Shown here in pieces: positions 19,805 to 30,303 of a stretch of 64,000 bases of DNA. Both the position numbers and the translations under genes were made by a program. This DNA is from a virus, in the UHGV virus genome UHGV-1374897. One strand, given 5' to 3'. The notes beneath the pieces were generated by a model. The model made no database searches. It had not been told where the DNA came from and saw only the letters and a program-made list of their open reading frames with translations. How positions within the stretch are numbered: the stretch's first letter is position 1; each line of letters starts with the position of its first letter.

Positions 19805-22075
19805 ATGCCGAAACCAGACGCAAATGCTCCCGTAGGTCCGGGGGTTATTGGCGTGGTTGACGAGAACGGAACCCTTCTCAAGCGAAGGGTTCCGACCGCT
19901 GACCAAGCCCGCGCCTTGCTCTACTTCTGCCTCACCGCTGACCAGCTATCCATGCAAGCGAGGACAGAGGCACAGGCAGAGCTGGACGGACAACGCCCGT
20001 ATGACCCAATGGCCCTTTCCGCAGTTGGTCAGAATTATCGAACCAACTACAACTTCCGCACGATGCGGATTGTTCGTGAAAAGGTGGCGGCCAGCCTCCG
20101 TGAAGTGTGGGATAACCCCGAACTTGTTTCGGTGCAAACCACCTTTGGCGATAACGCCCGTCGCCCCATTTATTCAGACATCCTTTCCACCGAAGTAACG
20201 AAGATGGTCAAGTCCATGCCGGGATTCACCTCCATCATGACAGACCTTCTTCACAACTTCTCATTCCACGGCTTCGGCCTTGCTTACTTTGAGGACCCTG
20301 ACACTTGGTACTTCAAGGCAGGTAGTCTGAACGAGTTTGCCTTCGAGCGAAAGGTTAAGCCGGACAGTAGCACCCTTGAGGTTGTGTTTGCTACTCGTAC
20401 CCTTCGTGCCCATGAACTCTACGATTTCATTCGTGACCCGCAGACCGCAAGGGAAGCCGGCTGGGATGTGGAAGAGGTCATGAAGGTGTTGAAGACCTGT
20501 AGTTACAATCAGACGGTACAGCCCCAGCGTATCTCTTGGGAGACCGAGAAGATGCTTAAAAACGGAGACTACACCCTGACCGACGTAATTGGAACCAGTA
20601 TTCCGATTGCCCACATGTGGGTTCGCGAATTCAACGGTACGGTTACTCACTCCATCTTCTTCGTCAACGGAAGCGGCGGCAATGGTCAGGATGTGAAGCG
20701 TGACCAGAACCGCGATGTAGATGACACCAAGTTCCTCTACACCAAGGAAGGAGCCTACAACTCTATGGAAGAAGCCTTCATTCTCTTCCCGCTGGGCAGT
20801 AGCACCAATGGAGATATTCATGCCCTTCGCGGATATGGCAATGACCTTCTGCCTCACACTCGTGTCATTGACAAGTTGATGAACCAAGCGACGGACGCGG
20901 CGTTCCTCGGCATGGCGTTAAACGTCTCTGCCACCAATGAAACCTCCCGTCTCTCCGCAATGGTGAACCCGATGGGGGCCTATACCATTTTGGACCCATC
21001 AACGCAAGTGGTTCCTAATCCCGTACCGAATCTGCAACAAGTTGCTGGAACTCCCCTCGCATTCTTGCAGAACCAAATCCGGGAACGCTTGGGCGAGATT
21101 GACGTGAATGCTGATGGAGGCATGGGCCGCACCCAGCTGGAAGCTGAAATCCGTATGGGCAATGCGAGCAAGGTCAGCAATAACATCATGGATATGCTCT
21201 TGGAGCACATGACCATTCTTCTCCGTGAAATCGTTCGCCGTATCATCCGCAAGGACTACGATGAAGGGATTGGCGGGTTTAAGGAACGTGAACGCATGCT
21301 CCAACGTCTGGACGAAGCAGGTGTGCCAAGGGATGCCTTCTTCGCTATCGACCTTGACAGCGTTACCGCTCTCCCGCCTATCGGTGCGGGCAGTAAGGTT
21401 CGCCGTACAATGGCTCTCCGTCAGTGTCTCAACTACATGCAGTTCATGCCACGAGCTGGGCAGGAACGTCTCATCCGCATGGCTATTGCCAACGAAACGA
21501 ATGGACGCACCGCGCAGTTGTTCATGCCGTTGAAGGATGACCCCAACCCGTCCGAAACCGTGGCCGCCTCTATCGCATCCATCCAGAACAACCAGCTCAT
21601 GGCAGGTCAGGAAGTTCCGGTTATGCCAAACGAGGACCACAGGACACACGCGGAAGTGCATGCCAACTTCATCATGTCCATGCTACCGGACGCACAGCTG
21701 GAACCCGAAGAGATGGCCCAGCTTGCCCAGCCGCTACAGCTTCTGGTCGCCCAGTTGGCAGGACACATGGACTATTTGCAGGCCGCCAAGGAAGTTGTCC
21801 CTGAATTTGAACAGTACGAGAAACTGGTCAAGAGGTGCAACGAGGTTATTACCAACGGCATGCGGGCCTTGGAAGCGATGCAACAGAACGAAGAAGCGGC
21901 TCCCCAAGAAGGACCTACTCCTGAACAGATGAAAGCCGAAGCCGAAATTGAATTGAAGCGCATGAAGACGGAAGCTGAAATCCAGTTGGCTAAGGAAAAG
22001 CAGGATGCCGAGATTACTCGTAACGCCGTAGAAGCCAACGCTAAAGCGGCTCAATCGCTGGGAGGTGCACGATGA
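19805..22075 (+). CDS. Putative portal protein
   Basis: 756 aa, located between TerL and the scaffold/capsid genes. Assigned by size and synteny only. Confidence 0.45.
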   Translation: MPKPDANAPVGPGVIGVVDENGTLLKRRVPTADQARALLYFCLTADQLSMQARTEAQAELDGQRPYDPMALSAVGQNYRTNYNFRTMRIVREKVAASLREVWDNPELVSVQTTFGDNARRPIYSDILSTEVTKMVKSMPGFTSIMTDLLHNFSFHGFGLAYFEDPDTWYFKAGSLNEFAFERKVKPDSSTLEVVFATRTLRAHELYDFIRDPQTAREAGWDVEEVMKVLKTCSYNQTVQPQRISWETEKMLKNGDYTLTDVIGTSIPIAHMWVREFNGTVTHSIFFVNGSGGNGQDVKRDQNRDVDDTKFLYTKEGAYNSMEEAFILFPLGSSTNGDIHALRGYGNDLLPHTRVIDKLMNQATDAAFLGMALNVSATNETSRLSAMVNPMGAYTILDPSTQVVPNPVPNLQQVAGTPLAFLQNQIRERLGEIDVNADGGMGRTQLEAEIRMGNASKVSNNIMDMLLEHMTILLREIVRRIIRKDYDEGIGGFKERERMLQRLDEAGVPRDAFFAIDLDSVTALPPIGAGSKVRRTMALRQCLNYMQFMPRAGQERLIRMAIANETNGRTAQLFMPLKDDPNPSETVAASIASIQNNQLMAGQEVPVMPNEDHRTHAEVHANFIMSMLPDAQLEPEEMAQLAQPLQLLVAQLAGHMDYLQAAKEVVPEFEQYEKLVKRCNEVITNGMRALEAMQQNEEAAPQEGPTPEQMKAEAEIELKRMKTEAEIQLAKEKQDAEITRNAVEANAKAAQSLGGAR

Positions 22076-22389
22076 AACCAGTGCCCACCTACACTGTCGA
22101 AGGGTTCAAAAGCAACAAGGCGGCGACTGGTCGCCTTGCTGAACTCCTGCATGACCCGGTAATGGAAGAAGCTCTCTGCATTGTTCAGTCGAAACTCAAT
22201 GCGACATTACAGCCCACAATGGAAGCCGCCGCATTGAATGGAGCTTTCGCGGCAGGGGCCAAATCCGTCATCGCCGCTCTTTTCAATCTGGCCGAAGAGA
22301 ATGAAGAAACCGAATCCCCGGTAACTATGATGAATCATCCCATGACCGAGCGTAACGCTTGGATTAACTCACTTTCACCCAACAAGTAA
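22072..22389 (+). CDS. Hypothetical protein, 105 aa
   Basis: ORF. Confidence 0.45.
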   Translation: MKPVPTYTVEGFKSNKAATGRLAELLHDPVMEEALCIVQSKLNATLQPTMEAAALNGAFAAGAKSVIAALFNLAEENEETESPVTMMNHPMTERNAWINSLSPNK

Positions 22390-22396
22390 TACATAG

Positions 22397-23626
22397 ATGG
22401 ACAACGTAAATATTCCCGCAGTAGCGGAGGGCATCATAGGTGGTGCCATTCACAACGACGTACATAACATTTTTGAACAGACCCTGTTCGCCCCGGAACC
22501 CACGGATTCCACTCAACCCGTTAATCCCACCAGCCCCACGGCTCCTATTGAATCCCCGGACGGTACGGTAGTCATGCCAGATGCTGGGCCTCGCATCGCT
22601 GATGATGAAGTAGTGAACCCCACGGGAACCGTCCTTGACGAGACACAGAACGACGAGACACAGAACGACGAGACACAGAACGACGAGGAACAGAACAACG
22701 AGGATGAACAGAACAACGAGGATGAACAGAACAACGAGGATGAACAGAACAACGAGGAACAGAACAATGGTCCTAAGGAACAGAAAGCGAGCAAGGCCGC
22801 GAGCAAGGCATTCGCCGAGATGCGCGTCCAGTTGAGGGGCGCGAAGAAAGAAATCGCGGACTTGAAGGCCAAGCTGGAAGAAGCGGGTAAATCCTCTCCC
22901 AACAATGAAGAGCTTGAATCTCTGCGAGAAATTGTACGCGGCTATGCCTTCACCGCAACCGAAGAATACAAGACCAATGTAACTGCCCCGTACAATAAGG
23001 CTAACGCCAAGCTTGCGGAGATTGCCCGCGCGAGTGGAGCCTCCCTCGACATGGACAAGCTGAATGAAGTTGCCCTTAATCCCGACCTCGACGAGTACGA
23101 CCGTGAAGAAGCCTACGAAGCAATCGGAAAAGAGTTGGGCATCAGCGATTCCGCCTTGTTCAAGTTTGTCCGTATGGCTAAGGTTCGTGACGCGGCCATC
23201 GTTGCTCACGGAAATTATCAGGCCGAAGCCGATAAATACGTTGAAGAGTTGAAGGCCAGCCGGGGCGGCAAGCCGGAGGCCGGGACCTACACCGTCAACC
23301 TCGACAACTACACGTTGGAAGCGATGAAGGAACGCGCCAAGGAACTGGGCATGACCACGGAGATTACCGAAGAGAATGTGAAGCACGCACGCCATCTCGC
23401 CCATAAAATAAATAATGGTTCCTTCATGGACGGCGCACTGGCCGAACTCATGGTTAAGGAACTGGCAGATGCTCGCGCGACAATCGAGGCTCTCAACGTG
23501 AAGGTGGCCAAACTCCGCAAGGCCCGCCCCTCCGCTAACGGTGGTAGCCCTGAAGCCCCAGAGACCCGGCCGCCCGCTGGGCCGACCGCAGTCGGGGACA
23601 TTATTGGTAGTGCCTTTGGATTATGA
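22397..23626 (+). CDS. Acidic coiled-coil repeat protein: putative scaffolding protein
   Basis: DETQN x3 and EDEQNN x3 peptide repeats, long helical charged segments, and a position immediately before the putative capsid gene. Confidence 0.45.
   Translation: MDNVNIPAVAEGIIGGAIHNDVHNIFEQTLFAPEPTDSTQPVNPTSPTAPIESPDGTVVMPDAGPRIADDEVVNPTGTVLDETQNDETQNDETQNDEEQNNEDEQNNEDEQNNEDEQNNEEQNNGPKEQKASKAASKAFAEMRVQLRGAKKEIADLKAKLEEAGKSSPNNEELESLREIVRGYAFTATEEYKTNVTAPYNKANAKLAEIARASGASLDMDKLNEVALNPDLDEYDREEAYEAIGKELGISDSALFKFVRMAKVRDAAIVAHGNYQAEADKYVEELKASRGGKPEAGTYTVNLDNYTLEAMKERAKELGMTTEITEENVKHARHLAHKINNGSFMDGALAELMVKELADARATIEALNVKVAKLRKARPSANGGSPEAPETRPPAGPTAVGDIIGSAFGL
22644..22760 (+). repeat. Tandem 15-bp (GAGACACAGAACGAC x3) and 18-bp (GAGGATGAACAGAACAAC x3) coding repeats
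   Basis: Seen directly in the sequence. Confidence 0.8.
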
Positions 23627-23838
23627 TAAATAATCCTTGACATACTGGTAATTTTATGACAAGAATGGGGCATCAAATGCGGTGTCCCATTCTTGCTTTC
23701 CCGCGAGCAAACCAAAACAAACCTTTATGCAGGTGTGAAAATTCTTGGTCCTGACCCTGCCATGACCGCGTAAGACCCCAAAACAAATTCTTCCAAAGAG
23801 TACTAGGCGTTGCAAATTAAACCAAATTTAATTTACAA

Positions 23839-25095
23839 ATGGCTACTACTCCTAACGAAATTCAGGCCCAAGAATTGAAGCTGGTCACGATGACCAACCT
23901 TCTTAACGCCAACATGTTCAGCACCTTTGCTCGTACTTCTCCGTGGAACTCCCAGATGATTATGACGGGAGAATGGACTGACGGTGTTGGTGATTCCGGG
24001 CGTATCGCAACCTTCGGTGCTACGGACCCCCGTCCCGAATGGATGAACATTAACCTCGATTCCACCTCTGACCAGATTCCGATTACGGTAAATGATACGG
24101 GGGCTACGGAATACTCCTACAGCCGCTTCATCACGAGGCTTGCCTCCCAGAAACTGGACGTACTCCGCATGCGTCAGTCTTGGCAAGCTAAGCAACAGGC
24201 CGAGAATGTGGTGAAGCAGTTGGTCCGTGCCGTCGGTAATACTTGGTCTCGCTTCTACCGTGAGAGCTACATCAAAATCGCCAGCTACAAACTCATCCCC
24301 ACGAAGGCGGGTGTTGTCGGTCTCGATGTCGTGAACAACGATATTAACTCCATGCCGGAAGTTAAGCCCGAAGCCGCGCTGAATGATGACCTGATGAACC
24401 AAGCTTGGCAGTTGCTCATCAATGAAGGTGCTGGCGAATCTGCCGCTCTGATGGACCAAGGTTCCCCTGTCTTCTTGGCTTACACGTCTAAGGACACCGT
24501 GGACTTCATCCTGCGTCACAACGAAGTTATCCGCAAGGACTGGAACTTCGCAGAGGCCGCGGAAGGCAAGGATGCTACTCTCCTGCGTCAGCTGGGCGTG
24601 AAGTGGACGTACAAGGGCTTTACCTACATCGTGGACAACATGAACCCCCGCTACACCTTCGACGACAGCAAGCCGACTGGTCAGAAGTGGGTGGAAGTTC
24701 CCCAGTATATCAAGGTGGAAACGACTGTTGGTAACCGCTATGTGCCGAACCCCGCGTACATGAACGCCCCCTACGAAGATACGATTATCTTTGTGAAGGA
24801 CGTGTACAAGTCCCTCGTTCCTCGTCCGGTGTCTGCCTACGGTCAGGCCAAGTGGGACCCTGTGACTTACGCTGGTGAGCTGACTTGGGTGAACAACAAG
24901 GACAACGGCGGTAACTACATGGGTACGCAGGGCCTGTTCATCGCGACACTTTCTGCCGCTCCGATGCCTGTCTTCCCGCGTCACGGTGTAGTCATCCGAC
25001 ACATTCGCACGACCGCTGGCCGCGAACTCGTCGGTGCTGACGGTAAGCCCGTTGGCTCTCTGGTAAGTACCCCTGCAGTAGTATCTGGCCTCTAA
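23839..25095 (+). CDS. Putative major capsid protein
   Basis: 418 aa following the scaffold-like gene. Assigned by synteny and size only. Confidence 0.45.
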   Translation: MATTPNEIQAQELKLVTMTNLLNANMFSTFARTSPWNSQMIMTGEWTDGVGDSGRIATFGATDPRPEWMNINLDSTSDQIPITVNDTGATEYSYSRFITRLASQKLDVLRMRQSWQAKQQAENVVKQLVRAVGNTWSRFYRESYIKIASYKLIPTKAGVVGLDVVNNDINSMPEVKPEAALNDDLMNQAWQLLINEGAGESAALMDQGSPVFLAYTSKDTVDFILRHNEVIRKDWNFAEAAEGKDATLLRQLGVKWTYKGFTYIVDNMNPRYTFDDSKPTGQKWVEVPQYIKVETTVGNRYVPNPAYMNAPYEDTIIFVKDVYKSLVPRPVSAYGQAKWDPVTYAGELTWVNNKDNGGNYMGTQGLFIATLSAAPMPVFPRHGVVIRHIRTTAGRELVGADGKPVGSLVSTPAVVSGL

Positions 25096-25161
25096 GCCTA
25101 AACCTATAACCCTTAAACCGAGGCGGGCGGGATGAACCCGCTCGCCTCAATTTTTATCTAC

Positions 25162-25434
25162 ATGAAGATTACGTATGACCCTGAAAAATTTGGAGACCTT
25201 AAACCGGGGGATGATGTTCAGCTCATGGGAGTTGGCGTTGTTTCAGATGACGGCAAGTCTATTGAGATTGTTTCTATCGAGGACCAAGAAATAGGTGACG
25301 ATGATAGCGACGACGAGGACGAGACCGAAGGAGAAACCGAATCTCCCAAACAGGAAACCGAAACCGAAGAAGCCGAAGAACTGGCAGAAGGAGCCGACAT
25401 TGGTTCTATTATCGCCTCTGGCTTTGGAGCATAA
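25162..25434 (+). CDS. Small highly acidic protein sharing a C-terminal DIIGS.FG tail with the scaffold-like protein
   Basis: Longer ORF call is 25132..25434; the likely start is MKITYDPEKF at 25162. D/E-rich segment DDDSDDEDETEGETE. Confidence 0.45.
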   Translation: MKITYDPEKFGDLKPGDDVQLMGVGVVSDDGKSIEIVSIEDQEIGDDDSDDEDETEGETESPKQETETEEAEELAEGADIGSIIASGFGA

Positions 25435-25448
25435 CCTTTTTAACTAGT

Positions 25449-25958
25449 ATGGAAATCAACGTTCCCACTACAGAACCAGTTGTCCTCGAATCAGGAGTTG
25501 AGAATACGCTCATTCCCAGCAAGGAAGGAGACTTTCTTATTACTATCACCAGTGATAGGGGAGTTCCTGTCGTCAAACTGACGGAGGACGAGAAGACCCT
25601 TGCCGAAGGTTCTTCCCTCGTAAACCGGGAGTTCAAAGCACATCTCAAAGCCGCCGGGAATTTAACTGTTACGGAATCTCTTTCGGGGACCGTATTAACC
25701 CTAGAAGTCCGTGCCGCAACACCTCTGGCGGTGCAAACAATTCCCGTAGCTATGGGAGTTAAGCACTTGGTGTCTATTCCCACTAATCAACCCGAAGTTC
25801 TTTACTTCGGTATTGATGTTGAAAATAGTGTTCAAAGTGTATTAGTGAATGATGGAGATATTATTATCCCTGCGTCGGATACTGCGCACATTCCCGTGAA
25901 TAGGGGAATAACTTTAACTCCCCTTATTCATCAAGCTAAAACAGTAGCAAACTCTTAA
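25449..25958 (+). CDS. Hypothetical structural protein, 169 aa
   Basis: ORF in the head/tail module. Confidence 0.45.
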   Translation: MEINVPTTEPVVLESGVENTLIPSKEGDFLITITSDRGVPVVKLTEDEKTLAEGSSLVNREFKAHLKAAGNLTVTESLSGTVLTLEVRAATPLAVQTIPVAMGVKHLVSIPTNQPEVLYFGIDVENSVQSVLVNDGDIIIPASDTAHIPVNRGITLTPLIHQAKTVANS

Positions 25959-25970
25959 CGAATAATAATT

Positions 25971-26942
25971 ATGGCAGTAGTAAATCTTCCCATTCCCGCA
26001 GAGAATGCAACTATCGCTCGCGGGCAAATCTATCAGCTTACCGGACTGACCGAGGCTACTCGGTATAAGTTTATTGTCACGTCTACCAAGTGCCCGCATG
26101 TGGTCATCGCGAAAGACGAGGCGTTGGAGCAGTTGGAAGCCGAAGGGTATCTTTCTGGCCGTGCTTTCTACTTCGCGACGGAAGGTGGTCAGACTAACGC
26201 TTACCTCCGCATCGATGCCCTTGAGGGCGCGGAGATTACCTTGACTATGAAGGCTGACCAAATTCCGGCTCCCGAAGAAGCAACTCTTCCCGCAGACTTA
26301 TCACCTGACAAGTGGTATAGTATCGGTGATTTAGTCGCAGATACGGGGTACGAATTGAAAGTAAGTGCGGAAGTCCCTGTAACCGTATTTGTCAAGACAG
26401 GAGATACCATTGCAGACGCAATAGAAGAACCTCCGTTTGTAACTGCCGCAGGGACCACTCGTTTCACTTCCACCGGTACGAAAGCGTGGGTATACGTAGA
26501 TGGAGCAGTAAAGGCTAACGTTGACATCGTAGCCGCACAGGGGGTTGAGGGTTTTACCGCTCCCCAGCTTACGACCATTTCGGACACCGTTTCCGACGTA
26601 GCTCTTGTAGGTCCTACCCCTGCCGGATATTACCGCGTGGACTTCGTGACAGAGGCCACCGCGCCTGAATTCCAATACGATGGCAACATCACTATCCAGA
26701 ACCAGAACGTAGTCCTTACCGACGTAGTTGGGGAAGCAGGGGCGCAAGGTCTTCTTCCTCTCACGGCCTCACAGGGTATTGTGACTGGTAAGAACCTTCG
26801 AGGAACTCTTATCTTTTCACAGGGAACCGCTCTTGGTGCGGGACAGCGAGCCGCCGTTGCCTCGTTCCAGATTCCTACGGGCGGTGATGCCAGGACCTTT
26901 AAAGGGACTGCGGTGATTACCTTCGTTGGAAATATCGCATAA
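25971..26942 (+). CDS. Hypothetical structural protein, 323 aa
   Basis: ORF. Confidence 0.5.
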   Translation: MAVVNLPIPAENATIARGQIYQLTGLTEATRYKFIVTSTKCPHVVIAKDEALEQLEAEGYLSGRAFYFATEGGQTNAYLRIDALEGAEITLTMKADQIPAPEEATLPADLSPDKWYSIGDLVADTGYELKVSAEVPVTVFVKTGDTIADAIEEPPFVTAAGTTRFTSTGTKAWVYVDGAVKANVDIVAAQGVEGFTAPQLTTISDTVSDVALVGPTPAGYYRVDFVTEATAPEFQYDGNITIQNQNVVLTDVVGEAGAQGLLPLTASQGIVTGKNLRGTLIFSQGTALGAGQRAAVASFQIPTGGDARTFKGTAVITFVGNIA

Positions 26943-27016
26943 CCAATAATTAAACCTTGACGGGGCTGAACTCATGAGCTAAACTTCTATGGGTTCAGCC
27001 CCAAATTTTTACTATC

Positions 27017-29173
27017 ATGGCACGTAAACGTTCTTCTAAAATCAATATTGAAAACTACGTCAACGGTTCTCCTATTACGCCGGGCGTAACCTATAAGCTG
27101 GGCGATGCCGACACGCACACCGCGTGGCTTCTTGCTTCCAGTTCTCCCTGTCTCTTCAAGCTTTCCGCTACCGCTCCTACTGACGAATTGTGGTCCAACA
27201 TTACGCCGGAACAGTTCATCATCAATGGTTCGGTCGCGGGACAGGTGATTGAGATTGCATCTCCCAACGGTAAGTACTTCGTCGTCCCCACTAACGCACA
27301 GGACAAGAACGCCTCCGTCGAAAGTGCACACGCGACGATTGCACTTCACCCGCTGGGGTTCGACTACAACCAAGAGTATCAGGCCCTCCCGCTGGACGGT
27401 GATGGTCCTGTCTCCGAAGGTTTCTACAAAATCTCCAACCTCGAAAGCGGTAAGCTCTATTCTATCAATGTGCATCCTGACTTGGGCGGCTTGATGGAAA
27501 CGAAGCCTAATCCGGAATTCAGCTATGCGCTCTTTAGTGTAGGAGCCGACAACAATCCTAAGGCCTTCCTCGCTGGCGGCAAGACTACTGCCCAGCTGGT
27601 CTTTGTGGCAACTGAAACTTCCGCAATTCTTTCTATCGGCAGTACGATTGAAGAAGCGGACTACTTTGTCTCCATCAGAAATTTTAGTTTAGGCTCCGGT
27701 GAGGGTGCGGGGTTTGACCCCTCCCTAGACCAGAATATCACCGGGGCATGGAATTTCACCAACACGGCGGGATTGGTTCTCGGAAACGAAGTTCCTTTAG
27801 TTCTCGGACAAGGGGATGACGCGGTGAAAATCCGCGGAAATGGTAACGGAGCCGCAGTCATTGAGGGGACGAACGCTTCCCACATGGACGTTGCGATTCC
27901 TGTCAAGTTCCAAAACCCCACCACTTTTGATGACGGCATTAGCTTCGTTGCCACCACTGGCGAGAAGATGAAGTGCATCCTCTTCGGCAAGGAGAGCGGT
28001 CCTACGCGAGCCATACTTTACGAAGAATCCAATGGGTACCTCTCCGTAACTGACCCCAACAGCATCAATGATAGGTCTATGACCTTTGATGGGGCAGGGA
28101 ACCTGTGGTTTCACAAACAGGAAAACCACCACGGTCCCGCTTTTTTCTATACCGAGGTCAGACTGGAGGGCTTTACTAACGTGACCGGGACTTTTACATT
28201 CAGCAAAACCCCCAATGCCAACGCCGGGATTAACATCCCTCTGACCGTGGGTGCACCGACGGATACGGCGGCGGTTAATCGCTTTTATGCGTTGGGATTG
28301 GCCGGTGCTATGTCGGCGTTGGTTCAGCCTATATACCTTAATTCCAGTTCAATCACAGTCACGGGTTCCATTTCTAAAGCTTCCAACGGTACTCTTGCCG
28401 GGTTGACGCAGCGTTTTTCGGTGGGCGCGGCTTCTGCCGGGTCCAATGCGTACGGGTCAGCGGTTATTCCCCTGATAGGACCTAACGGTCAATTTAATTA
28501 CAGTTCCGTGTGCGGATTTTCCCTTGCGGTCAACGCGACAGCCTTCGCTAAATTTACTTTTGGCATAGGCCGCGGCTCAAAAACCAACAGAACCGGGTTG
28601 ACGATGGATTCTTATTCTATGATTCCGGGGAACGAGCTGGCCGTCAACCATGGGGAAATCATCGATGTTACCATCAATACGCCTTACGATACTGTCCGCA
28701 AGGGGTATGAAATCAGAGTAAGGGAAATCTTTTATGTATCGTCCGTTGGACACTGGCAGGTGAAGACGACAACCGTATTTCTTCCGGTAGGCCATAATGA
28801 GCTGATGCCAAACGGGCTGAACAGGCTTATTTACATGCAGAGCGGGCTGCCGAGTACAGCAGTGCGGGAGGAAAAGGCGGCTCTTTATATGGAGCTGGGA
28901 GGCGGCAGTACCAATACCCTGTTCAAGATAGCTTCTCTCCGCGGCTTCATCGCTTTCGAGGCAGGAACAGGCGTAAGCACCCTGATTATCGACGCGCGCA
29001 ATGAGAAAACATATGCCCTTTCAGCCGACGCGGGCACAGGCACCAGGCACCTTTATTCCAATGGATTGACCAATCCAACCTATCACGCATTGGAAGCAAT
29101 GGCCGTCAATGCCATTGAAACCGAAGAAACGGCGGATTTTGAAGATATTAACATCCCCCTTGAACAGGCATGA
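27017..29173 (+). CDS. Tail fiber or receptor-binding-like protein, 718 aa
   Basis: Size, Gly/Asn/Thr-rich beta-type composition, and position. Confidence 0.4.
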   Translation: MARKRSSKINIENYVNGSPITPGVTYKLGDADTHTAWLLASSSPCLFKLSATAPTDELWSNITPEQFIINGSVAGQVIEIASPNGKYFVVPTNAQDKNASVESAHATIALHPLGFDYNQEYQALPLDGDGPVSEGFYKISNLESGKLYSINVHPDLGGLMETKPNPEFSYALFSVGADNNPKAFLAGGKTTAQLVFVATETSAILSIGSTIEEADYFVSIRNFSLGSGEGAGFDPSLDQNITGAWNFTNTAGLVLGNEVPLVLGQGDDAVKIRGNGNGAAVIEGTNASHMDVAIPVKFQNPTTFDDGISFVATTGEKMKCILFGKESGPTRAILYEESNGYLSVTDPNSINDRSMTFDGAGNLWFHKQENHHGPAFFYTEVRLEGFTNVTGTFTFSKTPNANAGINIPLTVGAPTDTAAVNRFYALGLAGAMSALVQPIYLNSSSITVTGSISKASNGTLAGLTQRFSVGAASAGSNAYGSAVIPLIGPNGQFNYSSVCGFSLAVNATAFAKFTFGIGRGSKTNRTGLTMDSYSMIPGNELAVNHGEIIDVTINTPYDTVRKGYEIRVREIFYVSSVGHWQVKTTTVFLPVGHNELMPNGLNRLIYMQSGLPSTAVREEKAALYMELGGGSTNTLFKIASLRGFIAFEAGTGVSTLIIDARNEKTYALSADAGTGTRHLYSNGLTNPTYHALEAMAVNAIETEETADFEDINIPLEQA

Positions 29174-29562
29174 ACAACGCAGAAATACAAATTCAATTCC
29201 CACAGCCCGGCGACTGGACAAAGCTCATTATGAGCGTAATCTACGCGGACGCACTGGGCTTTACGCACCTTGACCAGTACAATGAGACCACAGTTCCGGA
29301 GGAGCAGATACCTGCAATAGCCAAGGCTATCGAGGCCATTGCCGCTCTTGACGAACAGTGGCAAGCGTGCCAAGTTTGGGCACGATTGGGAGATATTCCA
29401 TCCCCTTCCAGCCCGACGGACAGGGTGCCCGCAGTCCTTCTGACTGTCGAGGCTACCGGGGATTCCGGGGGTACAAAAATATTTACCCCTGACCAATATC
29501 CCCAGTTCGTACTCACTGATAGTGGTACACTATCCTTCTTTAACTTCTTCACAAAAGGATGA
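29170..29562 (+). CDS. Hypothetical protein, 130 aa
   Basis: ORF overlapping the upstream stop. Confidence 0.45.
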   Translation: MNNAEIQIQFPQPGDWTKLIMSVIYADALGFTHLDQYNETTVPEEQIPAIAKAIEAIAALDEQWQACQVWARLGDIPSPSSPTDRVPAVLLTVEATGDSGGTKIFTPDQYPQFVLTDSGTLSFFNFFTKG

Positions 29563-29622
29563 TAATCATGAGCTTACTCGAACTTCTTGACTTACTTGGC
29601 TGGAAGCGCAAGTAGCACATCG

Positions 29623-29655
29623 CCCCGGAGGCTAACCCCTCCGGGGATTTTTATT
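29623..29655 (+). terminator. Rho-independent terminator
   Basis: 9-bp stem CCCCGGAGG / CCTCCGGGG with a 6-nt loop, then ATTTTTATT. Confidence 0.7.
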
Positions 29656-29700
29656 GAAATAATTTCTTGACAAATAATAAAATTATTATATGGTGGTGCC

Positions 29701-30285
29701 ATGTCCAAGACATCAAACACCAAACAGATAACCAAGATTATTATTGACGAGGCCAATGGCTTGACACACGTTTATATGTCAGACCTTAGCCCGAAAATAG
29801 TTAAAGCCAATACCACGGCCCCAACGAACATTCCTACCAAGAGCGAATTCTCTTTTCGCGATGAATCCGAAGAATCGCAAGCAGTAGTTGAGAAGGCCTT
29901 TGATGAGGCATTCCCAGAGGAAGAACAACCTTCCCTGTTCTGTCCTATCTGCGGGGGTCTGCTGGAAGAAAGACGGAAGGGTAACTACGAGTTCATTCAA
30001 TGTGTGAGTTGCTCACTGGCCGTGCAAGGATGTGATAACGATGACCCGGAGACAGCGTATGAAGAGGCATGGAATAATGCTCGATTCTTCATTGACCATT
30101 GTCCTCCGGTTCTGCGTCTTCAACCCGGTGCCGAAATCCAGTACTTCGACGGTATGTTCCGTCGGCATACCGGAATCGTTGCAGGAAGAACCCGCGTCTC
30201 CATGCACATCCTGTTGGAAGACGGACGAAGCATTGAACCCGGCAGGATAGTTGAATGGCCGAGGGGAATGGAGCAAGCCGAGTAA
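29701..30285 (+). CDS. Zinc-ribbon protein, 194 aa
   Basis: CPICGG...CVSC and CDND...C cysteine pairs. Confidence 0.45.
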   Translation: MSKTSNTKQITKIIIDEANGLTHVYMSDLSPKIVKANTTAPTNIPTKSEFSFRDESEESQAVVEKAFDEAFPEEEQPSLFCPICGGLLEERRKGNYEFIQCVSCSLAVQGCDNDDPETAYEEAWNNARFFIDHCPPVLRLQPGAEIQYFDGMFRRHTGIVAGRTRVSMHILLEDGRSIEPGRIVEWPRGMEQAE

Positions 30286-30303
30286 CCATGAAGGAGAACA
30301 ATC

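Noticed and set aside
23637-23661. Promoter TTGACA...TATGAC upstream of the putative capsid gene
   Set aside because: The spacing between the -35 and the best -10 candidate is only 13 nt. The hairpin at 23645-23680 looks more like a weak terminator or processing site. Capsid expression may come from read-through.
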